Source: a virus (Duplodnaviria > Caudoviricetes). From it: DNA of 37,635 nt. A program made the position numbers and the translations under genes. This document shows positions 17,550 through 25,985 of this stretch, piece after piece. Position 1 is the first letter of the stretch. Each line of letters opens with the position of its first letter. The DNA is taken from the IMG/VR virus record IMGVR_UViG_3300020598_000121, positions 1 to 37,635 of that record, one strand, 5' to 3'. A model generated the notes under the pieces. That model was not told the origin of the DNA and did not search any database. It saw only the letters and a list, made by a program, of their open reading frames with translations.

Positions 17550-18695
17550 TCAGAGACCCCGGAGCTGGAACACTCCGGACTTGTCGGCAGCTGCGTTCAG
17601 CTGCGCGGTGAGCTCATCGACGTGAACGCCGTCGCCGTCGTGACCGATCTCCGCAACGGGGATCACGTTCTTCGGCATCCCATCGATCAGCGCCCGCGTC
17701 TGCTCCGGCGCCGCGTTGAGCAGATCCCGGTAGTGGGACAGCTTCGCCGGCGGGAACTTGCCGTCCGCCATCGCCTGAGCCAGGTACGACTCAGCGGCAG
17801 CCTGCTCCTGCTGCTGCCGGTACGCAGCGAGCTCGGCCAGCTGGGACTGCATCTCGGCGAACCGAGACCGATCGACCGCGACCACGTCAGCGCGGGCCTC
17901 GATCGACTGCCCCTCGGTACGAGCAGCCAGTGCCGCGTCGAGCGCAGCCAGAACGTCGTCTTCGCTGGCGTCCTCGGTGACACCGAGGCGCGTACGAAGA
18001 CTTTCCATGAAGGTGGGCATCACGCCCTCCTTTCCTTGTGTGCCCTCTACCGCCTCGGCAGAAGGGATTCGGGGAGCCGGAGCGTGCGCCCGGCCCGCGT
18101 ATCGGAAATGCGCCAGATTGAACGTCGCAGCGATGTTGTTCTCGACCGGGGCCGCGTCATCACTGTCGACACGATCAGCGAGACCAGCCTCGACAGCCTC
18201 CTCGGCCGTGAACCAGGTCTCCTCGGTCATGAGGTCACGCCACTCATCGGCCGTGCCGCCCGCCCGGCGCGCATACAGCGACGCCATCGACTCGGCCGTC
18301 TTCTCGAGACGATCCGCCTCCGACCGGAGGAACGCAGCATCGCCCTGCGTGTACACCCAGGGGTCATGGATCATCAGCTGCGTGCCGGGGCCCATGATGA
18401 TCTCGTCACCGGCCATCGCGACGATCGACGCCGCGGACGCGGCCAAGCCATCGACGCGCACGGTCACCGACGCCGGATGCGAACGAAGCGCGTTCATGAT
18501 CGCGACGCCGTCGAACGCCGACCCTCCGGGCGAGTTGATCCGTACCGTGATCCGATCGGTGTCGAGATCGTTGATCTGCTTCGCGATCGTCGCGGCGTCC
18601 GTATCCATCCAGTAGCTCCCGATCACGTCGTAGATCAGGATCTCGGTGGTGCTGTCCGCCCTCGCGTTGATCTGGCACCACGTCTTCTTGCTCAC
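17550..18695 (-). CDS. ClpP-like capsid maturation protease fused to scaffold
   Basis: RINSPGG, DGLAASAAS, MIHDP and ETWFTAEEAVEAGLAD ClpP motifs; helical C-terminal scaffold. Confidence 0.92.
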   Translation of the reverse strand: MSKKTWCQINARADSTTEILIYDVIGSYWMDTDAATIAKQINDLDTDRITVRINSPGGSAFDGVAIMNALRSHPASVTVRVDGLAASAASIVAMAGDEIIMGPGTQLMIHDPWVYTQGDAAFLRSEADRLEKTAESMASLYARRAGGTADEWRDLMTEETWFTAEEAVEAGLADRVDSDDAAPVENNIAATFNLAHFRYAGRAHAPAPRIPSAEAVEGTQGKEGVMPTFMESLRTRLGVTEDASEDDVLAALDAALAARTEGQSIEARADVVAVDRSRFAEMQSQLAELAAYRQQQEQAAAESYLAQAMADGKFPPAKLSHYRDLLNAAPEQTRALIDGMPKNVIPVAEIGHDGDGVHVDELTAQLNAAADKSGVFQLRGL

Positions 18696-19974
18696 GAGTC
18701 CCCCTCGGGGTCATTGACTTCGGTTCGTATGGGTCTTTCGTCGGCAGATCCAGCCATCTCCGCACCTGCTCCTCGAGGGATCGGTCCGGGATGATCACGC
18801 CGGCGTCGACGAGCGTGCGCAGCGCATTGGCGATCGACAGGGACGACTCCCCGATCTCGTCGAACACGATCTTCGGCGCCGGCACGCTCTCACCGAAGTT
18901 CCAATCCACCAGGTCCTCGACGATGTACAGGTTCGCCGCGTCACGGATCATCTCCGCCACCGACCGCACCGCAGTCGAGAACAGATCAGCCTGCGTCGAG
19001 GCCAGCGCATACGAGCCGCCCTGCCCGTCGAGGTTCAGGAAGTGGGCCAGCGCCACCCGGCCGATCTGCGCATCGTGGTAGTCGATCGCAGGCCGCGGAT
19101 CCGGTAGCTGCCCCGTCACACCCTTGAGTTCGAGTTTCGACTCGTAAGGGATCGACGCGCCGGCCGCGTCACCAGCCCGGTAGGAGTTGGCCATCCGACG
19201 ACCCTTTTCGATGTCGTCAGGCTGTGCTTCCGGCGGGTTCGTGTAGACCGGCACGCCCATGCCGTTGCGCTCGATCGTCAGCGCCTCGAGCTTGAGCAGC
19301 CGATCCTTGAGGGTCCAGTTCTTGTACGCGGCACGGAGGATCGACTCACCACCCCAGTTGCTTCCCTCACGTTCATGCACGTACGCGACCAGACGGTCGA
19401 TGCCGATCACGCGGGGTTCGAGATCCGATGCACGGATCGTGCCGGACGATGCCGGCGGACGCTGCTCGATACCGACCAGGCCACCGTCACGCGCCACATG
19501 AATGTCGGCGAGCGTCGACGGCATCCTCGGAGCGAGCTTCCGCAACTCGACCCGGTTCGATTCCGGGTTGAACTCCACGACCTGCTCGAAGTACATCGCC
19601 CCGAACGGCAACGCCAACAGCGCCATGCGAAGATGCTCAGCCCACGAGAACCGGCGCATCCGACGAGGCGGCGCCTCATCACCTTCCGTGCCGACGATCG
19701 GAAGCCCGAGCTGCTCCCCGACGAAGTTCACCACCTCGTCCGGGGCACCCGCGGGATCCAGCCGCCACTGGGTGGCCAGAATCGGCAGCGTCACGGCCTT
19801 GAGGACCGTCCGTACCTGCGCATCCTGGCGGCGCATCGCGTCGTAGACCTTGAGGCACTGCGGCCACTTCAACTCGAAGGTGTTCTCCGCGTCGATCTCC
19901 CGATACCCAGCGTCGGGATTGGCGACCGCGTACCCGATCTCGCCCGGCGATGGCACACCGACCGCGCTCACCAT
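18406..19974 (-). CDS. Portal protein (C-terminus probably extended by a 1-bp deletion; expected end ~18692)
   Basis: GESILRAAYKNW, ERNGMGVP and GGSYAL portal motifs; follows the terminase. Confidence 0.9.
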   Translation of the reverse strand: MVSAVGVPSPGEIGYAVANPDAGYREIDAENTFELKWPQCLKVYDAMRRQDAQVRTVLKAVTLPILATQWRLDPAGAPDEVVNFVGEQLGLPIVGTEGDEAPPRRMRRFSWAEHLRMALLALPFGAMYFEQVVEFNPESNRVELRKLAPRMPSTLADIHVARDGGLVGIEQRPPASSGTIRASDLEPRVIGIDRLVAYVHEREGSNWGGESILRAAYKNWTLKDRLLKLEALTIERNGMGVPVYTNPPEAQPDDIEKGRRMANSYRAGDAAGASIPYESKLELKGVTGQLPDPRPAIDYHDAQIGRVALAHFLNLDGQGGSYALASTQADLFSTAVRSVAEMIRDAANLYIVEDLVDWNFGESVPAPKIVFDEIGESSLSIANALRTLVDAGVIIPDRSLEEQVRRWLDLPTKDPYEPKSMTPRGTREQEDVVPDQREGGQHHRDPDLRRDRELLDGYGRRDDREADQRSRHRSDHGTDQLARRVGVRRRRDHERASFASGVGDRARRWLGRVRGVDRRDGR

Positions 19975-21569
19975 GACATCTCCATCACATCACCCATGAG
20001 TGACCCGCCTTTCGGTGTCGGCTCGAACCCCAACTCCTGAGGAGGAGGTTTCGGCTTCGGCTTGAATTCGGTCAGGCCCCACAGGGCATTCGATGCAGCC
20101 ACCACCTGGCAGATCACCCCCGACGACTTGCGGGCCCAGGCCACGCCGCCTCCGTCGCCGATCTCACGCAACTTCGCAACCGCAAGCGCTTGAGCCATTC
20201 GCTCGTCGTCGTCGTGGGTGACCGTTCCTTCGTCGACCGCGGTGAGAAACCCGGCAGTGGCTGCCATCACGTCGGACACACGCATCATCTCCGGCTCGAT
20301 ACCCGCCGCCCGGAGAGGTTGCTCAAGCACCTGCGCGGTCGACTTCGGATCGATCACGACTGCGATCGGATCGCCCGCCTCGACGCACGCGAGAAGGAAC
20401 GCGACGACCGTGCGGGTGTCCGCGCTACCGTGGTAGCCGATCTGCACGTGCGCACCTGTTTTGGTCTGTGCAGCTGCCACGATCGAACATGTGCGGTCAC
20501 GGCTGTCGCGCTCTGTCGACATGTCGACAGCCAGGCACGTCGTGCCGGTGAACCGCGGATCTCCGTGGTACAGGTCGGCCCAGGTGGCAAGTTTCACAAC
20601 CGGTGGTGCCTCGTCGATAACGGAGCTCGGCCAGTCACCGCGACCGAGGTACTCCACGTCGAAGCTCTTCCTGCCGGCTTCGGTCGAGAACTTGCGCAGC
20701 TCCGCGGCCAGCTTCTTCACCGTCTGGATCACACCGAACGACGGGTTCGCCCAACGCCATGTGTCGGGAAGCGTGCGGTCCTGGTCGGTCGGCGCCATCC
20801 ACTCGGCGAAGAACAGACCCTCCTCGCCCGCGAGTCCACGTTCGCGGACCGCAGCCAGCACTTGCCCGTTCGGGTGCTGCTCTTGATTCACTGCGGACGA
20901 GGTGTAGATCGTCTGCGGATCGTCGGAGTTCATCTTCGTCGGCGACAGCGCCGCCATATCGGCCTCGGTGAGGTCGTAAGCCTCGTCGTAGATTTCGAGG
21001 TCGACCTTGTCCAGGCCACGGCCCGCGTTCGCCGATCGGGTGGTGAACACCACCTCGGCACCGGACGCGAGAACGATGGTGCCGCGGCCCTGCGAGCACG
21101 TGCGAGACTCGACGCGCTTCAGCATCCACGGCGTCGTCTTGACGATGTTCCACGTGCGTTTCCATAGGGCCTTCGCGGTTTCCCACTGCTGGGCAGAGAA
21201 CACGATCTTCTCGCCGAGCTTGTACAGCCCGTAGAGCACGCGGATCGACAGGATCAGCGACTTGCCGTTCTGCCGTGGAACGATCAGGCAGCACTCGGGG
21301 TGCGTCCATGTTCCGTCCGCGGCCTTCGACATGATGCGTTCGAGCGACCACGACTGCCATGGCATCGCACGGATCCGCGAGGCGGACCGTCGTGCGAGCT
21401 CCACTGCTTTGAGCCCCAGCTCGATGGAACCCGGCGTGTACGCCAGCGAGTTCGGGGTCTGCCGGCCTTCCAGTTTCGGCCACTCGGCCGCGATGATCTC
21501 CGCGAACTTCGCGTCGATGTCCTCGTCACAGATCGTCGAGAGGGTCGTACTCTCCGGAGTCGCCATCAT
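19968..21569 (-). CDS. terL: Terminase large subunit
   Basis: Walker A VPRQNGKS, Walker B IYDEA, WRWANPS and nuclease AVDMS motifs. Confidence 0.95.
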   Translation of the reverse strand: MMATPESTTLSTICDEDIDAKFAEIIAAEWPKLEGRQTPNSLAYTPGSIELGLKAVELARRSASRIRAMPWQSWSLERIMSKAADGTWTHPECCLIVPRQNGKSLILSIRVLYGLYKLGEKIVFSAQQWETAKALWKRTWNIVKTTPWMLKRVESRTCSQGRGTIVLASGAEVVFTTRSANAGRGLDKVDLEIYDEAYDLTEADMAALSPTKMNSDDPQTIYTSSAVNQEQHPNGQVLAAVRERGLAGEEGLFFAEWMAPTDQDRTLPDTWRWANPSFGVIQTVKKLAAELRKFSTEAGRKSFDVEYLGRGDWPSSVIDEAPPVVKLATWADLYHGDPRFTGTTCLAVDMSTERDSRDRTCSIVAAAQTKTGAHVQIGYHGSADTRTVVAFLLACVEAGDPIAVVIDPKSTAQVLEQPLRAAGIEPEMMRVSDVMAATAGFLTAVDEGTVTHDDDERMAQALAVAKLREIGDGGGVAWARKSSGVICQVVAASNALWGLTEFKPKPKPPPQELGFEPTPKGGSLMGDVMEMSW

Positions 21570-21858
21570 CTGCACGCCTCCTCTTCACCTCCGCGAGCAT
21601 TTGCCGGAAGACCGTGGCGAGCTGCCGTGACTCCTGGGCTGCACTGTCGACGCGAATTTCGAGGACCTCGGTGTTGCCGCGAGTTGGGACCAGTCGCAGC
21701 CATAGGTCTTCATCGCCGGTGAGAATCCGGTGGAGGAAGTCGAGCCGATCCTTGATCCGGCACGCCTCGACGATCAACGCGGTCAGTTCGTACGAGTCCG
21801 ATTCGAGGGCGAGCTCTTCGTAGAGACGCTGCCCGCCGGTGCCGAGTTCGTCGTCCAT
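21526..21858 (-). CDS. terS: Terminase small subunit
   Basis: GGQRLY...EACRIKDRLD...ESRQ pattern; overlaps the terL start. Confidence 0.8.
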   Translation of the reverse strand: MDDELGTGGQRLYEELALESDSYELTALIVEACRIKDRLDFLHRILTGDEDLWLRLVPTRGNTEVLEIRVDSAAQESRQLATVFRQMLAEVKRRRADDGDSGEYDPLDDL

Positions 21859-21893
21859 CGCGCACCCCCTTTGCACGTAGGTTTTCGCCGTCC

Positions 21894-21962
21894 GTAAAAA
21901 ACGCCTGACTGGCGCCGAGGGGAGTCAGGAGCGACCCCCTGCCCAGATTTTGGGTAGGGGGT
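21894..21962. other. Putative cos (cohesive end) region
   Basis: Between HNH and terS. CCTGACT-N12-AGTCAGG dyad (21904-21929) next to an A-run, plus a second dyad at 21934-21962. Confidence 0.55.
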
Positions 21963-21974
21963 GCCGGAGAAGAG

Positions 21975-22610
21975 TCACGCTTCGATGAGCGGCCGACGAC
22001 CATGCCCTGTGCGGGCGACGGTGTCGTTCTCCGACCAGAACCCGGCGTCACGAAGCGCCTGGTGTCGATGCTGAACTCCGCGGGTTGTGTTGCAGGCTCG
22101 GCAGGACGGTACGAGGTTGGCGGGACGATTGTCGTCGCCGATGCCGTTGAGGTGGTCGACCTGCAGCACGTTCGCCGCGAAACGGTTCGCAGACCAGTCG
22201 ACCTTCGCTGCGCACCAGTGACACTGATGAACGCCGGGTCCGATCGCTTCGTATAGGACGACACGGTGCTCGTAAGCCATGCCGCGCTTACCTGCCACTG
22301 GATGGCCAGGCACGTAGACATTCCGATACCTGCGACCGTGGCTTGCTGAGATGCCACTGCGGGTGGAAGTCATGTCGACGTCGCCGTGGCGGTACTGCCG
22401 GTGGTAGTGCTTCTTGCACAGCGTTGCGCCGCTGGATCGGGTTAGGTGTTCGCAGCCTTCGACCTGGCAGGGCTTCAAGGCTCCCTGCTTGCGGACGTGA
22501 TCGGTGGTGCCATGTCGGTACCACCGCGCCTGGTGCATCCCGCATAGCTGGTTGCGCTTGTGAGCGATCGGTCTCGTGCAATCGGGGACTCGACACGTAG
22601 TGTGCTCCAC
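21975..22610 (-). CDS. HNH endonuclease (free-standing, homing-like)
   Basis: YEHRVV..CHWC..VDHLNG..DNRPANLVPSCRACN; two N-terminal C-x4-C...LC-x2-H repeats. Confidence 0.88.
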   Translation of the reverse strand: MEHTTCRVPDCTRPIAHKRNQLCGMHQARWYRHGTTDHVRKQGALKPCQVEGCEHLTRSSGATLCKKHYHRQYRHGDVDMTSTRSGISASHGRRYRNVYVPGHPVAGKRGMAYEHRVVLYEAIGPGVHQCHWCAAKVDWSANRFAANVLQVDHLNGIGDDNRPANLVPSCRACNTTRGVQHRHQALRDAGFWSENDTVARTGHGRRPLIEA

Positions 22611-22631
22611 GTCGGCTCCTGTTCAGTCGAC

Positions 22632-22668
22632 AAAGCCCCGGCAGGAGTGGAGTCCTGTCCGGGGCTTT
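22632..22668. terminator. Intrinsic terminator-like hairpin (possibly bidirectional)
   Basis: AAAGCCCCGG...CCGGGGCTTT stem with T runs on both strands. Confidence 0.6.
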
Positions 22669-22688
22669 CTTCGTTGCGGGCGGGTCGG

Positions 22689-23000
22689 TCAGAGGTCAGG
22701 CCATGGGAATGCCTGTGGCCGTGGACGGTTCCGTAGTGCGGGGCGCTGGTGGTCGCGGCTTCCGTCTTGGCGTGATCGGTTGCACGTCGAGCAGAGAAGT
22801 CTGTCGGCTATGGCGCCGCCCTTGGATCGGGCCAGGCTGTGGTCGGCTTCGAGCGGCTTGCCGTCCCAGTTCTTCACCGGGTCGCGGAATTGCGCTCTCC
22901 CACACCACCAGCACGGCGATCCGTCGATGTGGGCCTTGAGTAGTCGCTCGCGTTGCTTCTGGTGGTCCCAGCCGAGGCCTTTGGCAGTGGTGCTGGCCAT
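22689..23000 (-). CDS. Terminase-associated HNH endonuclease (HK97 gp74-like)
   Basis: GLGWDHQKQR..PCWWCG..EADH..RLLCSTCN; located near cos/terS. Confidence 0.85.
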   Translation of the reverse strand: MASTTAKGLGWDHQKQRERLLKAHIDGSPCWWCGRAQFRDPVKNWDGKPLEADHSLARSKGGAIADRLLCSTCNRSRQDGSRDHQRPALRNRPRPQAFPWPDL

Positions 23001-23008
23001 CGCCTGGC

Positions 23009-23323
23009 CTATTGCCGCAGTGCAAGGGCGAGCTCGGCGTCTTGTCGAGCTTGGGCGGATTCGTACTGCTCGGCTTCGGAGAGCATGGTGCGCAGCTGGG
23101 CTGCGGTGTAGCGCGGCATGGCCATGAGGCTGGGGATGAAGGATCCCCAGAACTCGGGACTCGGGATGTGCCCGGGCGCAAGGATGTACCCGGCGAAAGT
23201 GCGACCGCGCGGGATGGATCGAGCGCTGACGGCGTTGTGGGCTGGGATGTTGAGTCGGCGGGCGAGGGCGCGGGCTTCGTCGAGTGTGGGTGCGATGGCG
23301 GCGATGTGGGCGCGAGTGTTCAT
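23009..23323 (-). CDS. Hypothetical protein (104 aa)
   Basis: GGAGG RBS before ATG 23323. Confidence 0.7.
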   Translation of the reverse strand: MNTRAHIAAIAPTLDEARALARRLNIPAHNAVSARSIPRGRTFAGYILAPGHIPSPEFWGSFIPSLMAMPRYTAAQLRTMLSEAEQYESAQARQDAELALALRQ

Positions 23324-23345
23324 TGGACCTCCGATCGAAGGTGAA

Positions 23346-23589
23346 GTCCGGACGCGCCTGCGGATCCCGGCGCACAGCCGCGGCCCGTGAGAGGCGGCGT
23401 GCAGCACGAGGGATTCGGGCGCGTCCGGACGGGGGTTGGGCCGCGCCCGGTCGCTGGGGGAAGCAGTCGGCCGGGCGCGCCACCAGCTGCCGGCAGTCTT
23501 TCGGCGGTTGGTGGTTGCCCAAGTTCGTGGGATGGAAATGCGAAAGGTGAGGGTGGTGTACCTGTTCCGGGGTACTCCACTCTCACCTT
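23346..23589. ncRNA. Candidate structured RNA or leader with four tandem hairpins
   Basis: Stems at 23346-23358/23418-23430, 23443-23453/23468-23478, 23480-23492/23502-23514 and 23544-23562/23571-23589. Confidence 0.4.
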
Positions 23590-23598
23590 GCCAGGCGA

Positions 23599-23607
23599 AG
23601 CCTAGCA
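23599..23607 (-). promoter_or_regulatory. Putative late promoter, extended -10 (TGCTAGGCT)
   Basis: TG-N-TANNNT match after the putative late regulator and just upstream of the hairpin array. Confidence 0.45.
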
Positions 23608-23627
23608 CGCATGGTGTCCGTGGCTGG

Positions 23628-23693
23628 TCAGCGCCACTCGGGGTTGTGGTCGGGGTCAGCGATGCGGGCTTCGATGAAGTCGACGATGTTCAT
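23628..23693 (-). pseudogene. 21-codon remnant of a DUF6221-like gene
   Basis: MNIVDFIEARIAD-PDHNPEWR; ATGA-coupled start; resembles both ends of the family as recalled. Confidence 0.55.
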
Positions 23694-24454
23694 GCCGTGG
23701 ACCTTTCGTCTGCTGTCGGGTGTGTGAGGTGTGCGTCGAGGACGTCGCCGAGTCGGAGGATGGGTGATTTCCAGCGGCCGGCCTTGACGTGTCGGAGTGG
23801 GGTGACGGCTTCAGCGTCGATGAGGTGGAGGACTCGGCGTTTGGTGAGGCTGCGGTATTCGGCGCCCATGGTGCGGGCCATGTCTGCGCAGGCTTTGGCG
23901 TTGAGTTCGAGCTTGCGGGCTTCGGCGAGTTGGTCGTTGTTGATGGTGCGGGTTCGGGTTGGTGGTCGGTCGACGATCTTGAAGGCCGCTTCGTAGAGGC
24001 TGATGATCTGGTTGTAGGCGAGGGTTGCTTGCTCTGTGCGGGCGAGTTCGTTGGCGTGTCGGCTGAGCCAGCGGGCGAAGTGGGGTGCGCGGCCGTCGCC
24101 GGGCCAGGGTAGGGCGCGTTCGTTGGCGACGTAGTTGGTCCAGTTCCGGAGGGTGCCGAGGAGGTCGTATGCGAACTCGGATGCGTGGTCGTTGAACGAG
24201 AGTGGCACTTCGCCGTCGGTGCTGATGCAGGTGAGTGTTTTGTCGGTGTAGGCGACTTGGTTGGTGATGACGGTTTCGAGTTCGGCGCATACCCAGGTGG
24301 CGATCTTGTCGAGCCGGTCGATGAGGAGTGCTACCTCGGATGCGTCGAGTCTGGCTGCGGGTGTGAAGGCTCGGTAGGTGTAGGGGCAGAGGCTGCAGCG
24401 ACCGATGCCGTTGGTGTCGATGTGGATGAGGCGGGACTTTGCGGGGGTGGTCAC
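23690..24454 (-). CDS. Putative DNA-binding late transcription regulator
   Basis: CSLC zinc motif, LRNW...ARWLSRH segment and C-terminal winged-HTH-like RLGDVL; last large early gene. Confidence 0.55.
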   Translation of the reverse strand: MTTPAKSRLIHIDTNGIGRCSLCPYTYRAFTPAARLDASEVALLIDRLDKIATWVCAELETVITNQVAYTDKTLTCISTDGEVPLSFNDHASEFAYDLLGTLRNWTNYVANERALPWPGDGRAPHFARWLSRHANELARTEQATLAYNQIISLYEAAFKIVDRPPTRTRTINNDQLAEARKLELNAKACADMARTMGAEYRSLTKRRVLHLIDAEAVTPLRHVKAGRWKSPILRLGDVLDAHLTHPTADERSTA

Positions 24455-24759
24455 AGGTTCTCCGAGAGTGGGTTTTCGGCGTACACGTGCCATACGAGGT
24501 GGCCGCCGTGTGTGAAGACGGTTCCGATGTACGGGGTGCTGAGGGGGTGGTGGTCGAATCGGTGGCCTGTGCCGTGGACGTGGAATCTGACTTCGGAGGT
24601 TTCGTCGATATCGGCCATCTCGTACCAGATTTCGATGTGTGTCGTCGGGTTTGCGCGGGAGGGTGCGACGTGGAGGGCGCTCCGGTAGCCGCGGAGACGT
24701 TGAGTGGTCGAGTCGGCGATGGGGATTTCGGTGCGGTAGATGTGCCGGTGGATGGTCAC
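24451..24759 (-). CDS. Hypothetical phage protein
   Basis: GTGH...YIGTV...LVWHVY pattern; coupled at both ends. Confidence 0.75.
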   Translation of the reverse strand: MTIHRHIYRTEIPIADSTTQRLRGYRSALHVAPSRANPTTHIEIWYEMADIDETSEVRFHVHGTGHRFDHHPLSTPYIGTVFTHGGHLVWHVYAENPLSENL

Positions 24760-24875
24760 TGCTGACTCTTTTCGAGGATGGTGGTGAGGTTGTCTGCGTA
24801 GCCGGTGACGTAGTGGGCGGCGTCGTGGCGGTTGGTGTCGACGACTGCGGCGATGCGGGTGAGGGTGTCGGTCAT
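24756..24875 (-). CDS. Hypothetical 39-aa protein
   Basis: MTDTLTRIAAVV...; fills the gap with ATGA/GTGA overlaps. Confidence 0.6.
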   Translation of the reverse strand: MTDTLTRIAAVVDTNRHDAAHYVTGYADNLTTILEKSQQ

Positions 24876-25282
24876 GCCGAGATCCCTTCGGTGCAGGTCG
24901 TGATGGTGATGTGGGCGCCGGGTGTTTCTCCGGGGAGTGCGACGCGTTTGGTGGCTCGGATGTCGACTACTTGGGAGTCGTCGCGGTAGATGACGTTGCT
25001 GAGGGCGTCGAGGGTGGAGCGGCAGAGTTTGTCGAGATCTCCGATGCGTCGCGCCGCTGAGACGACTGCGCGTGCAGGAGCCGTTTTGGGGCGCGGGAGG
25101 ATGAATTGCACCCTCACACCTACGGGGCCGTCCAAAAGTCCGTCAGCGTGGCGCACAGCCACTGTTGCGACGGCGTGCCGCCAGGGTGCGACCCGCTTCG
25201 AGGACTCGATCATGATTCCGCGACCAACATGCTTTTTGCTGCCCTGCGGTCCTGGGTGGCCGGGAACGAAGAACTCGATCAC
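24872..25282 (-). CDS. rusA: RusA-like Holliday junction resolvase
   Basis: PGPQGSK, GDLDKLCRSTLDAL and YRDDSQV motifs; AAGGAG RBS before GTG 25282. Confidence 0.9.
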   Translation of the reverse strand: MIEFFVPGHPGPQGSKKHVGRGIMIESSKRVAPWRHAVATVAVRHADGLLDGPVGVRVQFILPRPKTAPARAVVSAARRIGDLDKLCRSTLDALSNVIYRDDSQVVDIRATKRVALPGETPGAHITITTCTEGISA

Positions 25283-25984
25283 GCGGACGCTCCTTCGAGT
25301 CGATTCATGTGCTGCTGGAGATCCGTCGCAACCACGGCCAGCCAGCCATGCGCATTCGGTGAGTTCGGCTTTCGACTGGAGAGGTAAGTCGGGTACGGCT
25401 CCCCTGCTGCGGAAGAAACTTCTGTCCTGGTTGTGAACAGGTTGCCGTGTGCCTTCGCGCGAAAAGATTGGTTTATTCCGGGTTCGGAAGGACTGGGTGG
25501 GACTGTGGTCCCACCTTCGCGGTACTGCAGTCCCACCTTTCGTGACCACAGTCCCACCTTTTTTGTCCGATTTCCCAGAGTTATCCACAGTTGTGAATCG
25601 CGGTTATCCACAGCCTGGGAGGGCCCGTAATGGTGGTATCGCAGTACCACCTTTCTGTGGTCGCTGTGGTGGTCGCTGCGCAGCTGTGAGGAAGGGAATC
25701 CGGAACGTCGTCGACCGACCGCGATACGCAAAGACCGGAGTCCCATCCGACTGGAAAGCGATCGGCACACGTGGGTCGATCCCACATGCCGCAAGTTTCC
25801 GAATCGACTTGCGGACACCCTCTTCCGAGATCCCCACCCGCAAAGCAAGCTCTGCCGAGGTTCGCCAACACGTACGGTCGGCAGCATCAGCCCACTCAGC
25901 GAGAGCGATGAGCACGAGACGTTCGGTTGGGGCGAGCCATTCTGGCGCGCTGTCGAACACCTCCTTGACGAGCTGCCAGGCCAC
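25279..25984 (-). CDS. Replication initiator (HTH), apparently split across two frames near 25604-25640
   Basis: 25604-25984 encodes ERLVLIALAEWAD..CW...LA..GISE HTH initiator-like domain; a second frame carries the repeats and ends coupled to rusA. Confidence 0.6.
25496..25654. promoter_or_regulatory. Putative replication origin with iterons and DnaA boxes
   Basis: GTCCCACCTT at 25508, 25530 and 25551; variant GTACCACCTT at 25644; inverted copy at ~25497; TTATCCACA at 25581 and 25604. Confidence 0.7.
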
Positions 25985-25985
25985 A

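Noticed and set aside
984-21722. Many long plus-strand ORFs over the structural genes (e.g. 2079-3590, 3742-5088, 10288-11610, 12848-14317, 17538-18794)
   Set aside because: Antisense shadows of clear minus-strand genes in GC-rich DNA, with no motifs or start signals.
23346-23589. tRNA in the hairpin region
   Set aside because: No cloverleaf or T-loop GTTCRA in a suitable context.
25496-25570. Repeats as a mini-CRISPR array
   Set aside because: Units are ~10 bp with ~11-bp gaps and no cas genes are present; they fit iterons.
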